In this document: positions 18,031-27,503 of the stretch, piece by piece
Position numbering within the stretch: the stretch's first letter is position 1
Layout: each line of letters begins with the position of its first letter
Assembly (NCBI GenBank): GCA_910587205.1
Contig: CAJULZ010000001.1
Span: 1,889-65,888 of the forward strand
Direction of reading: 5' to 3'
Length of the DNA stretch: 64,000 bases
DNA from: an uncultured Oscillospiraceae bacterium
GTDB lineage: Bacteria > Bacillota > Clostridia > Oscillospirales > Oscillospiraceae
Program-made: the position numbers and the translations under genes
The notes under the pieces: generated by a model
Databases searched by the model: none
What the model was told of the DNA's origin: nothing
What the model saw: the letters and a program-made list of their open reading frames with translations, nothing else

Positions 18031-20136
18031 ATGCTCAAGCGCGTTTTAAACAATAGCATAGCGCTGTTCGTGGTGGTTGTGGTTATGTTCCTGTTCGTTC
18101 CCCTGAACCCCATGATTCTGGACATCCTGCTGGTGGTGAACATCGGGCTGTCCATTATGATCCTGATGATCACCATGAACATCTCGGATGCGCTGGACTT
18201 CTCCATTTTCCCATCCCTGCTGCTGATTACCACCTTGTTCCGGCTGGGCATGAACGTGTCCAGTACCCGGATGATCCTCACCACCGGCGACCCCGGTGTG
18301 GTCATCCAAAACTTTGGACAGCTCATCACCCAGGGGGATATTGTGGTGGGCTTCGTGATCTTCTTTATCATCGTGCTGGTGCAGCTTATCGTTATTACCA
18401 AGGGCGCGGAACGCGTGTCCGAGGTGGCCGCCCGCTTCACCTTGGACGCCATGCCGGGCAAGCAGATGGCCATCGATGCGGATCTCAGCTCCGGCCTGAT
18501 CGATGAACAGCAGGCCCGGATACGCCGGGAGAAGATCCAGAAGGAAGCCGATTTCTACGGCGCCATGGATGGCGCCACCAAGATTGTCAAGGGCGACTCC
18601 ACCATGTCCATCATCATCACGGTGATCAACCTGGTGGGCGGCCTGCTCATCGGCATGATCAGCCGGGGGATGGAGCCGATGGAGGCGCTGAGCAGCATCT
18701 GCATCCTCACCATCGGCGACGGCCTGGTGTCCCAGATCCCGTCCCTGATGATTTCCACCGCCACCGGCATGATCGTCACCCGGTCGGTATCCGACGGCAG
18801 CCTGAACTTGGACGTCTTGTCCCAGTTCAAGGCCCAGCCTCGGGCGATTATGACCACCGGCGTAGTGCTGCTGGTGCTGGCGGCCATCCCCGGCACGCCC
18901 ACCGTCCCCCTGCTGGTGGGCGGGGCGGCCCTGCTGGGCGGCGGATTCTTTATCACCCGCCAGATGACGGCCCAGCGGCAGGCGGCGGAGGCCGCGGCCC
19001 AGGCCCCCTCCGAGCCTGCGGAGCTGGCCGCGCCCAGCGAGAGCGACTACTACCGCGACATCAACAACGTATATACCCTGCTGTCGGTTGAACCGGTGGA
19101 GATGGAGTTTGGCTACAGCCTGATCCCCATGGTGGACGAAAGCCACGGCGGCAAGCTCATCAGCCGCATCACCATTTTCCGGCGGCAATATGCCCAGGAT
19201 ATGGGTTTTGTCATCCCCTCCATCCGCCTGCACGATTCCTCTGCACTGGGCACCAACCAGTACGCCATCCGCATCAAGGGCGAGGTGGTGGCCCAGGGCG
19301 AGATTCTGGTGGACTATTACTTGGCCCTGGAGCCCCCCAATCCCTTGGGGGAGATTGACGGGATCGAGACCATCGAGCCCGCCTACGGCATCCCCTCCCG
19401 GTGGATTTTGCCGGAAAACAAGGAGATGGCGGAGATCTACGGATACAATGTTATCGACCCGCTGTCCGTTATGCTGACCCATCTGGCGGAGACGGTGAAA
19501 AAGCACGCCTATGAGCTGCTTAATCGCGCCGAGACCATCCGCCTGATCGACAACTTGAAGCAGTCCGCCCCCGAACTGGTGGAGGAGGCGATACCGGGAA
19601 TTATCCCCTATGCCAAGCTGGAAAAGCTGCTGCGCAACCTGCTCCAAGAGGGCGTGCCCATCAAGGACCTGAGCACCATCGTGGAGACCGCCGCCGACGG
19701 GTTTGCTCAGGGGCGGGATCTGGACATGGTGACAGAGCAGGTGCGCGGCGCGCTGGCCCGCACCATTACCCGCCGCTTCTGCGAGGACGGCCAGCTCCGG
19801 GTGATTACCCTGGATGCAGAGGTGGAGAAGCGCATCATCTCCTCCCTCACCCGGAACGAACAGGGCGTGTACCTGGCCATGGGCCCCGAGCTGATGCAGA
19901 CCATTATCACCCAGGTGGCGGAGCACCTGAAAAAGTTCGGCGACCTGGCCCAGACGCCGGTCATCTTGGTCAGCCAGGTAATCCGGGGCTATTTCAGCCG
20001 GATGATTACCCAGTTCTACCCCAACGTATATGTGCTGTCCTTCAATGAGATCACCAACAGCGTGCAGATCCAGGCCCTGGGCAACATCGTATCCGAGGTT
20101 CCCGCCGTGGCACAGCGAAGGGCGGTGAACACATGA
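18031..20136 (+). CDS. flhA: Flagellar export gate protein FlhA
   Basis: FHIPEP motif ERVSEVAARFTLDAMPGKQMAIDADL, FYGAMDGA and GDGLVSQIP. Confidence 0.97.
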   Translation: MLKRVLNNSIALFVVVVVMFLFVPLNPMILDILLVVNIGLSIMILMITMNISDALDFSIFPSLLLITTLFRLGMNVSSTRMILTTGDPGVVIQNFGQLITQGDIVVGFVIFFIIVLVQLIVITKGAERVSEVAARFTLDAMPGKQMAIDADLSSGLIDEQQARIRREKIQKEADFYGAMDGATKIVKGDSTMSIIITVINLVGGLLIGMISRGMEPMEALSSICILTIGDGLVSQIPSLMISTATGMIVTRSVSDGSLNLDVLSQFKAQPRAIMTTGVVLLVLAAIPGTPTVPLLVGGAALLGGGFFITRQMTAQRQAAEAAAQAPSEPAELAAPSESDYYRDINNVYTLLSVEPVEMEFGYSLIPMVDESHGGKLISRITIFRRQYAQDMGFVIPSIRLHDSSALGTNQYAIRIKGEVVAQGEILVDYYLALEPPNPLGEIDGIETIEPAYGIPSRWILPENKEMAEIYGYNVIDPLSVMLTHLAETVKKHAYELLNRAETIRLIDNLKQSAPELVEEAIPGIIPYAKLEKLLRNLLQEGVPIKDLSTIVETAADGFAQGRDLDMVTEQVRGALARTITRRFCEDGQLRVITLDAEVEKRIISSLTRNEQGVYLAMGPELMQTIITQVAEHLKKFGDLAQTPVILVSQVIRGYFSRMITQFYPNVYVLSFNEITNSVQIQALGNIVSEVPAVAQRRAVNT

Positions 20137-20975
20137 GTGTGGGTATTGCGGAACGGGGCTACACCGAGGCCGAAATCGAGGCGATGGAAACGCAGGAGCT
20201 GCTCACGCGCTATAAGCAGACGGGGGACGAGACGCTGAAATGGCCCTTGGTGCTGCGATATGAAGGGCTTATCAAAAGTGCCGCTCTCCAGATCCGCGGC
20301 GTGTACAGCAGCTTTGCCCAGGTGGACGACATCGTCAGCGAGGGCATCCTTACCTTGCTCAGTTCCATCGATAAATTTGACCCGGAGAAGGGCATCAAGT
20401 TTGAAACCTACGTAGCCAAGCGAATCCGGGGGATGGTCATCGACCTGGCCCGGAAGCAGGACTGGCTGCCCCGGAACATCCGCCAGCGGGCCAAGGAGAT
20501 CGACGCGGCGGTGTCCAGCCTGGCCAACGAGCTGGGACGGTTTCCCAGCGACCAGGAGGTGGCCGACCGGCTGGGCATCCCTACGGATAAGTACCAGAAG
20601 GAGGCCGCCCGGGTGGCCCTGAGCAATACCCTCTCCCTGGACGCGCTGATGGACGCCCGGGATCTGGAGGGGTACCGGTTCGAGGTGTCCGACCAGGACC
20701 CCAAGCTCCAGCCGGAAACCGTGCTGGAGGATCAGGAACTCCAGCAGACCTTGGCTGAGGGAATCGCCGCCCTCCAGGAGAACGAGCAGATTGTTCTCTC
20801 CCTCTACTATGAAAAAAACCTTCACATGAAGGAGATCGCCCAGGTGATGGGAGTAAGCGAACCCCGTATTTCCCAGATCCACTCCCGTGCTATCCAGAAG
20901 CTGCGGGAACACATGGGCTCATACATGAGCAGTGAACCGCCCCCCAAAACCACCAAAAAGCGGAAGAAGGCATGA
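20133..20975 (+). CDS. fliA: Flagellar sigma factor FliA/SigD (sigma-28)
   Basis: KFDPEKGIKFETY...RIRG..ID..RKQDWLPR and region 4 LSLYY...L.MKEIAQVMGVSEPRISQIHS. Confidence 0.95.
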   Translation: MSVGIAERGYTEAEIEAMETQELLTRYKQTGDETLKWPLVLRYEGLIKSAALQIRGVYSSFAQVDDIVSEGILTLLSSIDKFDPEKGIKFETYVAKRIRGMVIDLARKQDWLPRNIRQRAKEIDAAVSSLANELGRFPSDQEVADRLGIPTDKYQKEAARVALSNTLSLDALMDARDLEGYRFEVSDQDPKLQPETVLEDQELQQTLAEGIAALQENEQIVLSLYYEKNLHMKEIAQVMGVSEPRISQIHSRAIQKLREHMGSYMSSEPPPKTTKKRKKA

Positions 20976-20981
20976 TGCAAG

Positions 20982-21731
20982 ATGTTTAAAGGCTTTTATA
21001 ATCTAACCTCCGGGATGCTGACGCAGCAGCGCAACCTGAACGTGGTGGGCAACAACCTGGTGAACATTTCCACTGCGGGCTTCAAGGAGAGCCGTTATAC
21101 CGCCACCACCTTTGACGACGTGATGTATAGCCGGGTGGGCAACGTGGAGAAGGTATATACGGAGATCGGCCGGCAGAGTTATATCCGGGCCAACAGCGAG
21201 ATTTCCGTCGTTTATGACCAGGGTATCCCTGAGCCCACTGGGATCCCACTGGATTTTGCCATCATGGGGGAAGGGTTCTTTGCCGTCCAGAATGGAGACG
21301 GCGGGATTGCCTACACCCGGGCGGGCAGCTTCTCCCTGGACGACGAAGGGTATCTGTGCTTCCCCGGGGTGGGGCAGGTGCTGGACCCTGAGGGGCAGCC
21401 GATCCTGGTCACTACCGATAAGCTGGACGTGGACGCGCAGGGGAACCTGTTCACTCAAAACGGCGGCTATCTGGGCCAGCTGGGCGTCTACACCTTCGAG
21501 GACATGGACGCGCTGGAGCAGGATGACCGGGGCTTTTTCCTGGGCGATGGGGCGCAGCCTGCGGAAACCCAGCAGATTTTGTGGAAATATCTGGAGCGGT
21601 CCAATGTGGATATGATTCGGCAGATGACGGAGATGCTCACCTGCCAGCGTGCGCTGCAAAGCGCCGCGTCGGTATCCAAGATGTACGACGAAGTAATGGG
21701 CCATTCCGCCAGCGATATTGGCCGGATGTAA
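20982..21731 (+). CDS. Flagellar basal-body rod protein, FlgF/FlgG family (FlhO-like)
   Basis: NNL.N.ST.GFK, TG.PLDFAI.GEGFF, YTRAGSF and LERSNVD motifs. Confidence 0.9.
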   Translation: MFKGFYNLTSGMLTQQRNLNVVGNNLVNISTAGFKESRYTATTFDDVMYSRVGNVEKVYTEIGRQSYIRANSEISVVYDQGIPEPTGIPLDFAIMGEGFFAVQNGDGGIAYTRAGSFSLDDEGYLCFPGVGQVLDPEGQPILVTTDKLDVDAQGNLFTQNGGYLGQLGVYTFEDMDALEQDDRGFFLGDGAQPAETQQILWKYLERSNVDMIRQMTEMLTCQRALQSAASVSKMYDEVMGHSASDIGRM

Positions 21732-21748
21732 GGAGGGCGTAACGGAAG

Positions 21749-22492
21749 ATGAACCAATCCTTTTATATCGGCGCCATCGGCGCCCAGCAGCAACTCCAGC
21801 GCCTGAACATCCACGGCGACAACATCGCCAACGTGAATACCTACGGCTTCAAGGCCGACCGTTCCCGGTTCACCGCCCTGATGCATCAGAATCACCGGGG
21901 CGTGGAGGAGGAGCTCCCCATGGGCGTAGGCACCAGGCTGCTGATGACCTCCACCGACTTTTCCCAGGGCGCGCCGGCGGACTCTGGGCGCACCTTGGAT
22001 TACTACATTGAGGGGGACGGTTTCTTTGGCCTGGTGGATCTGGCCACGGGGGATGTGTCCTTTACCCGGAATGGGGCGTTCTATATGTCGCAGCTGGAGC
22101 GGGCGACCGGCAGTGTGGACGAAAACGGCCAGCCTGAGATGGAGCTCGTATACTGCTTAGGGGACGGGGAGGGCCGCTTTGTGCTCAGTGAGACGGGCGG
22201 GTTGATCGAGATCACCGACCCGGAGGAGAAGCTGCCTGTGGGGATCTTTGACTACGTCAATTACAATGGGATGGAGCAGATCGGTGATACCCGTTATCTC
22301 CCGGTGGATAAGAACGGCGGGCTAAGCTATGGCACCGGTATCCTGCGCCAGGGAATGGTGGAGCGCTCCAATGCCGACCTTGCCGAGGAACTGACCAAGG
22401 TAATTGAGTCCCAGCGGGCTTACGGTATGGCGCTGAAAATGGTCCAGACCTCCGATGAGATCGAGACTACCATTAATAACCTGCGCGGCTGA
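21749..22492 (+). CDS. Flagellar basal-body rod protein, FlgG family (FlhP-like)
   Basis: NIANVNTYGFK, IEGDGFF, FTRNGAF and E.SN.DLAEEL...IESQRAY motifs. Confidence 0.9.
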   Translation: MNQSFYIGAIGAQQQLQRLNIHGDNIANVNTYGFKADRSRFTALMHQNHRGVEEELPMGVGTRLLMTSTDFSQGAPADSGRTLDYYIEGDGFFGLVDLATGDVSFTRNGAFYMSQLERATGSVDENGQPEMELVYCLGDGEGRFVLSETGGLIEITDPEEKLPVGIFDYVNYNGMEQIGDTRYLPVDKNGGLSYGTGILRQGMVERSNADLAEELTKVIESQRAYGMALKMVQTSDEIETTINNLRG

Positions 22493-22527
22493 GCCGGCGG
22501 GACGATTTGACGACAGGAGGGAATGGA

Positions 22528-23154
22528 ATGGCGATCAAAAATTACGATGAGCTGAACTTGCTGGAGTTGGATACGCTCCGGGAGATCGGCAGCGTTGGTA
22601 CAGGCAACGCCGCTACCGCCCTGTCCCAGATGTTGGGACAGCAGGTGCGCATCACGCTGCCGGAAGTGCGCATCATGGGTTACAATGAAGCCATTGAATG
22701 GATCGGGGGTCCAGAGGAAATTACTGCCGGGGTGCTGGTGAAGCTCAGCGGACAGCTGAGCGGGATCATGCTGTCGGTGCAGCCGCTGGAATTTGTAAAT
22801 ATTGTGCTGGAAAGCATAATGGGCCGCCGCATCGGTGGATATGAGGAGCTTTCGGAGCTGGAAAACTCCGCCCTCATTGAGGTGGGCAACATTATGATCT
22901 CCACCTTTATCAACGCCCTGAGCGGCTTGGCCGGGATGGACGTGAACCTGACGGTGCCCGCTTTCACGGTGGATATGCAAGGTGCAATCCTGGCTGTGCC
23001 CATGGCGGAATACGGGGGACAGTCCGATTATATTATGACCATCGGGAGTAACTTCGTATGCGACAACAGACAGGTTCCCTGCCGCCTGCTGATGTCGCCG
23101 GATCTCCGGTCACTGAATGCTCTATTGAGGAAGCTGGGCGTAAGCGATGAGTGA
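22528..23154 (+). CDS. cheC: Chemotaxis phosphatase CheC
   Basis: LDTLREIGSVGTGNAATALS and SALIEVGNI motifs. The first ExxN appears as ExxS and the second is intact. Lies upstream of cheD. Confidence 0.92.
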   Translation: MAIKNYDELNLLELDTLREIGSVGTGNAATALSQMLGQQVRITLPEVRIMGYNEAIEWIGGPEEITAGVLVKLSGQLSGIMLSVQPLEFVNIVLESIMGRRIGGYEELSELENSALIEVGNIMISTFINALSGLAGMDVNLTVPAFTVDMQGAILAVPMAEYGGQSDYIMTIGSNFVCDNRQVPCRLLMSPDLRSLNALLRKLGVSDE

Positions 23155-23629
23155 AAAACTGATCATCGGCATAGCGGACATGAAGATGGCCAAAGGGGAG
23201 GGTATGTTGGTCACCTACGCACTGGGGTCCTGCATTGGGATCTGCCTGCATGACCCGGCGCTGAAACTGGGAGCGCTGGTGCACATCATGTTGCCGCTGA
23301 ATATGGAGACGGGGCGGAAAAACCCGATGAAATATGCCGATACCGGGATCAGGGAGACCTTGAAGCAGATGGAGGCCAAAGGCGCCAGCCGCTCCAGGAT
23401 TACCGCCAAGATCGCCGGCGGAGCAATGATGTTTAAGGATGGGGGCAGCGGTTCCTTGGGCAACATCGGCCAGCGGAACATTGAGAGCGTGAAGCTCAAC
23501 CTGAAAAAAGAGGGTATCCGCCTGTTGAAAGAGGATGTGGGCGGTGCAGTGGCGCGTACATTGCTCTTTGACGTGAACAGCGGGCTGGGCTGCATCCGCT
23601 GTTATGGCCGCAAGGAACTGATTATTTAA
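23147..23629 (+). CDS. cheD: Chemoreceptor glutamine deamidase CheD
   Basis: LGSCIGI, HIMLP, KYAD, AKIAGGA.MF, IGQRN and EDVGG motifs. Confidence 0.96.
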   Translation: MSEKLIIGIADMKMAKGEGMLVTYALGSCIGICLHDPALKLGALVHIMLPLNMETGRKNPMKYADTGIRETLKQMEAKGASRSRITAKIAGGAMMFKDGGSGSLGNIGQRNIESVKLNLKKEGIRLLKEDVGGAVARTLLFDVNSGLGCIRCYGRKELII

Positions 23630-23662
23630 CAGCGTATAAGCTGAAAGGGAGTGTTGGCAATC

Positions 23663-24595
23663 ATGGAAGACAACAAGCACGGGATCCTGCTGGAATCGGG
23701 CACCAACGAGATTGAGATCATGAAGTTCACCATCGGGGGCAACCTGTTCGGCATCAACGTGGCCAAGGTGCGGGAGATCATGATCTCCGCGCCGGTAAAG
23801 CCCATGCCCCATGCTCACTCGGCGGTGGAGGGCATTTTCAAACCCCGGGATACGGTGCTCACTGTGGTGGATTTGCCCAAGTATCTGGGCATGGACAGCC
23901 CCAAGGATGAGAAGGACATCTTCATCATTACCAATTTCAATAAGATGTTTATCGCCTTCCGGGTCCACACCGTGGACCGCATTAGCCGCATTTCCTGGAC
24001 GGACATTCAGAAGCCGGACAAAACTGTCTCCGGCGGTACGGAGAGCGTTGCCACCGGCATTGCCCAGTGCGACGGCGAGCTGGTCACCATCCTGGACTTT
24101 GAGCGCATTGTGGCGGAGATTGCCCCGGAGACCTCCATCCAGATGTCCGAGGTGGAGCGCCTTGGCCCCCGGGACCGGAACGACCGGCCCATCTGGGTGG
24201 CGGAGGATTCGGTGTTGCTGAGCAAGATGATCGCGGATTCGCTGCGCAAGGCCAATTACATCAACCTGCATATGTATCCCAATGGACTGGAGCTGTGGGA
24301 GGCGCTGTCCGCCTTGCCGGCTGAAGGAGATCTGGAGAAGGATGTGGCCCTGATTATCACCGATATCGAGATGCCCCAGATGGATGGGCACCGGCTTACC
24401 AAGCTGGTGAAAGACCACTCGCGCTTCAAGCAGATTCCCCTGATCATCTTCTCCTCCCTCATCAGTGAGGAGATGCGGCGCAAGGGCCGGGATCTGGGTG
24501 CGGACGAACAGCTCACCAAGCCGGAGATCGGCCACTTGGTGGATGTGATGGACCACCTGCTGGATCGCATGGACAAGCAGAAGGGCAAGGGTTAA
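23663..24595 (+). CDS. cheV: Chemotaxis protein CheV (CheW plus receiver)
   Basis: LLESGTNE.EI, FGINVAKVREI, receiver TDIEMPQMDG and FSSLI. Confidence 0.95.
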   Translation: MEDNKHGILLESGTNEIEIMKFTIGGNLFGINVAKVREIMISAPVKPMPHAHSAVEGIFKPRDTVLTVVDLPKYLGMDSPKDEKDIFIITNFNKMFIAFRVHTVDRISRISWTDIQKPDKTVSGGTESVATGIAQCDGELVTILDFERIVAEIAPETSIQMSEVERLGPRDRNDRPIWVAEDSVLLSKMIADSLRKANYINLHMYPNGLELWEALSALPAEGDLEKDVALIITDIEMPQMDGHRLTKLVKDHSRFKQIPLIIFSSLISEEMRRKGRDLGADEQLTKPEIGHLVDVMDHLLDRMDKQKGKG

Positions 24596-24607
24596 TAGGA
24601 GGCAGTT

Positions 24608-25894
24608 ATGAGCGGTAAATATATTGTGCGGCAGCCCATTAAGGACGCTGCTGGAACCATCATCGGCAATGAGATCCTGTACTATGGCGCGAACCAAGCG
24701 TTCAGTAGCGATAATTCTACTTCCAGCGCAGAATTTGCCGCCGCCAATACAATTTACAGCTTTCTCACCCAAAACACCCCCAAGGTGTTAAAGGGCACGC
24801 TGAATTTTATGACGTTCACCACCATGCTGCTGATGAAAAAAACGCCCCGGCTGTTTGATAAGAACGACCTGGTCATCCAGATCGACGACGCGGTGATTAT
24901 CCATCCGCTGTCCATGCACCTGGTGCAGCAGTATGTCCGGGAGGGCTACCGGGTTGCGGTGAACGAGTTCCAGTTTACGCCGCGGTACCTGTCCCTGCTG
25001 GATGACATCCACTTCATCAAGATCAACGGCAGCACGGCCAGCGAAGTGACCATCCGTAACACGGTGGAGATTGCCCACAGCATGAATATCAAGTGCATTG
25101 TCACCCATATTGATAATGTCAAGCTGTATGACCGGGCGGTGGCCTTGGGGGCGGATGGGCTGGAGGGCCCCTATGTGGCGGACAGGCTGACTACCAAGGC
25201 CCACAGCAGCGCGTACATTCAGAGCAATTTCTTCCAGCTCATGGTGGCGGTGACTAAGGATGAGCCCAATGTGGAGGAGATTGAGCAGATGATCGCGGCA
25301 GACGCCAGCCTGACATATGGCCTGCTGAAGATGGTAAACTCCGCCTATTTTGCTCTGCGCCATCGGGCGACCACCATCACCCAGGCTATCATGACCCTGG
25401 GCCTGGGACAGTTGAAGCAGTGGATTTATCTCCTCAGCGCCAGCAACGCGGAGAACGAGGTGGACCCGGGCTCCGAGGAGTTCCTAAAGCGCTCCTTCCT
25501 GCGGGCGAATTTTTGCAGCGAATTGATGAACCACGCCAAGGACATGCCCATATCCAAGGCAGAAGCCTATCTGATGGGGATGTTCTCCACCCTGAACTAT
25601 CTCATTGACGCGCCTATGGAGGAAATCTTGGCGGAGGTGCCGGTGGCGGATGAGATCAAGGCGGCGCTGCTGAACCGCGAGGGGCGCTGCGGCAAACTGT
25701 ATGAGCTGGTGCTCAGCTATGAGGCCGCGGATTGGGAGCGCATCACCGTCCTTGCGGAGGAATTGGGCATCCCGGACAATATGATGACCAGCATCTATTT
25801 CATCTGTATGGAAAATGTGAACACCCTGTGGGAACAGCTCACAAACCCCTACCCCCAGCAGGAGGAGGAACCCTCTGCGGAGCCCCAGGTGTAA
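24608..25894 (+). CDS. EAL-HDOD domain protein (YuxH/PdeH-like), EAL catalytic motifs degenerate
   Basis: RQPI...EIL N-terminus. HDOD region D.SL.Y.LLKMVNSAYF...I.QAI..LG, RA.FC, GMFS.L. Confidence 0.85.
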   Translation: MSGKYIVRQPIKDAAGTIIGNEILYYGANQAFSSDNSTSSAEFAAANTIYSFLTQNTPKVLKGTLNFMTFTTMLLMKKTPRLFDKNDLVIQIDDAVIIHPLSMHLVQQYVREGYRVAVNEFQFTPRYLSLLDDIHFIKINGSTASEVTIRNTVEIAHSMNIKCIVTHIDNVKLYDRAVALGADGLEGPYVADRLTTKAHSSAYIQSNFFQLMVAVTKDEPNVEEIEQMIAADASLTYGLLKMVNSAYFALRHRATTITQAIMTLGLGQLKQWIYLLSASNAENEVDPGSEEFLKRSFLRANFCSELMNHAKDMPISKAEAYLMGMFSTLNYLIDAPMEEILAEVPVADEIKAALLNREGRCGKLYELVLSYEAADWERITVLAEELGIPDNMMTSIYFICMENVNTLWEQLTNPYPQQEEEPSAEPQV

Positions 25895-25900
25895 AAGGAT

Positions 25901-25944
25901 AAAGAATCCCTGGCGGGGCGCTGTGCGCCCCGCCAGGGATTTTC
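25901..25944. terminator. Bidirectional intrinsic terminator
   Basis: Perfect 17-bp stem AATCCCTGGCGGGGCGC-TGT-GCGCCCCGCCAGGGATT flanked by A- and T-rich runs, between convergent genes. Confidence 0.85.
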
Positions 25945-25960
25945 GGTTTGTGTGGCTCGC

Positions 25961-26605
25961 TCAGCGGCTGTGATGGGGCCGCTCCATGACCAGCTTGCAG
26001 GCTTGGAGGAGTTGGGCGGTGATGTCGCTGCTGAACTTGCCCTCGTACACGGTGAGCCGGGGCACCCGGTCGCCGGGCTCCAGCACCACATACTTGGGAG
26101 GCAGGTGGTTCAAGGTGAGGGCTTTCACGTCCTCCATGCAGCGTTTACAGCTGCAAAGACCGAACATCTCTACATATTTGGGGGCCTTTTCCTCCACCAG
26201 GACCTGCATTACGTTGATATAGCCAGGGTTTTCCGGCTCCATGAACTTGTGGGCAGGCTGCGCTGTGGCCGGGGCAGAGACAGGTCCCTCTGCCGGGAGT
26301 TCGGGCGCCGGCTCCGGTTCTGCGGGAGCGGGCGCCTGCTCCACCGGCGCGGGCTGGGGCCCTGGCGTGGGTTCGGGCTGGGGGGCCGCCGGCTGCGCGG
26401 GCATGGCGCCCAACTCGCCGTCCAGGGCGTCCTCCAGGGCGTTTTTGATCTGCACTGAGACAGCGGCGTCGGGGGCCAGGGAGGAGACAATGGGGGGGAC
26501 GGCGGCAGGGGCGGTTCCGACTGGCTCGTCGGCGGCAGGATCCTGTTTTTTGCTCAGCAGGTTCATCACCCGCGCGGTTTTGCTGGTTTTGTCCTTAGAT
26601 GCCAT
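25961..26605 (-). CDS. ComFB-domain protein with a basic N-terminal peptide and Pro/Ala linker
   Basis: C-terminal NVMQVLVEE...CSCKRCMEDVKALTLNHLPPKYVV...V..RPHH is the ComFB family signature. AAGGAG RBS. Confidence 0.85.
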   Translation of the reverse strand: MASKDKTSKTARVMNLLSKKQDPAADEPVGTAPAAVPPIVSSLAPDAAVSVQIKNALEDALDGELGAMPAQPAAPQPEPTPGPQPAPVEQAPAPAEPEPAPELPAEGPVSAPATAQPAHKFMEPENPGYINVMQVLVEEKAPKYVEMFGLCSCKRCMEDVKALTLNHLPPKYVVLEPGDRVPRLTVYEGKFSSDITAQLLQACKLVMERPHHSR

Positions 26606-26622
26606 GATGCGATGCTCCTTAC

Positions 26623-27435
26623 TTAGTTGAAGAATTTAGAGATATATTTCAGGCCCTTCTTAGGCTTGGGGAGGACAAAGCGGTCGCCGCCCACAGCGTC
26701 GATGATGGCTTGGAAATCCTGGGCGGGCCGGGAGTCCGGCTGGTAGGTGAGTACGGTCTGCCCGTGGGCGGGGGCCATGGCCACGCCCACCCCCCGGTGG
26801 ATCTTGGCCTGAAATACCTGACTGTCCAGCTGTTCCGCCACCTCCTGGGCCAGCTCCAGGATATCCTTGGACAGGGTGAGGCGACCGTTGTACTTGTTGA
26901 TAAGGATGCCCAGGACCTTCAGGTGGGGGTTGAAGGTGGCGCGAACGGTCTCGATGGTCTCCTGGAGCTGGGTGATGCCCACCAGGCTGAGCACCTCGGC
27001 CTCCATGGGGACAATGAGTCCATCGGAGGCCACATAGGCATTGACGGTCAGCACGTTCAGGGCGGGGGGCGTGTCGATGATGATAAAGTCGTACCGGGAG
27101 CGCACGCCGGTGAGGAAATCGCTGAGCAGGAATTCCCGGCGTGGCATGGTGAATTCCACCTCGGCGGCGGACAGCATGATGTCCGAGGGCAGCACGTCGC
27201 CGTACTCAGTGGACTGGATGGCCGCCTCAATGGGGCAGGTGCCCTTGAAAACGTCGAAAACGGTGCTTCCCGTGCCGATATCCAGCCCCAGGTTAAAGCC
27301 CAGGTTGCCCTGGGGGTCCAAATCCACGCCCAGGACTTTGGCGCCCCGCTGGTGAAGCCCGCAGACCAGGGCGGCGGCGGTGGTCGTCTTGCCGACCCCG
27401 CCTTTTTGGTTTGTAACGGTGATGATTTGCGTCAA
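26623..27435 (-). CDS. ParA/Soj-family ATPase with a C-terminal amphipathic tail
   Basis: Deviant Walker A QKGGVGKTT, VDLDPQGN, IIIDTPP. TTG start after a GGGAGGG RBS. Tail KKGLKYISKFFN. Confidence 0.92.
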   Translation of the reverse strand: MTQIITVTNQKGGVGKTTTAAALVCGLHQRGAKVLGVDLDPQGNLGFNLGLDIGTGSTVFDVFKGTCPIEAAIQSTEYGDVLPSDIMLSAAEVEFTMPRREFLLSDFLTGVRSRYDFIIIDTPPALNVLTVNAYVASDGLIVPMEAEVLSLVGITQLQETIETVRATFNPHLKVLGILINKYNGRLTLSKDILELAQEVAEQLDSQVFQAKIHRGVGVAMAPAHGQTVLTYQPDSRPAQDFQAIIDAVGGDRFVLPKPKKGLKYISKFFN

Positions 27436-27476
27436 GGAATATTCCCTCCCTCTCACAAAAACTTGGAGAAAACTAT

Positions 27477-27503
27477 TAAGTTTACTATACTACAGGTCGA
27501 TAA
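27477..27503 (+). promoter_or_regulatory. Putative sigma-28 promoter of fliD operon
   Basis: TAAG-N15-GTCGATAA, close to the TAAA-N15-GCCGATAA consensus, about 110 nt upstream of fliD. Confidence 0.7.

Noticed and set aside
20157..20190. FliA N-terminal YTEAEIEAM resembling the SQEEIEAML peptide
   Set aside because: Too short, and it lacks the conserved SQ and terminal Leu. Chance similarity is likely.
26623..27435. ParA as a sign of a plasmid or ICE partition system
   Set aside because: No ParB, parS array, integrase, relaxase or replication gene is present, and the context is purely flagellar.
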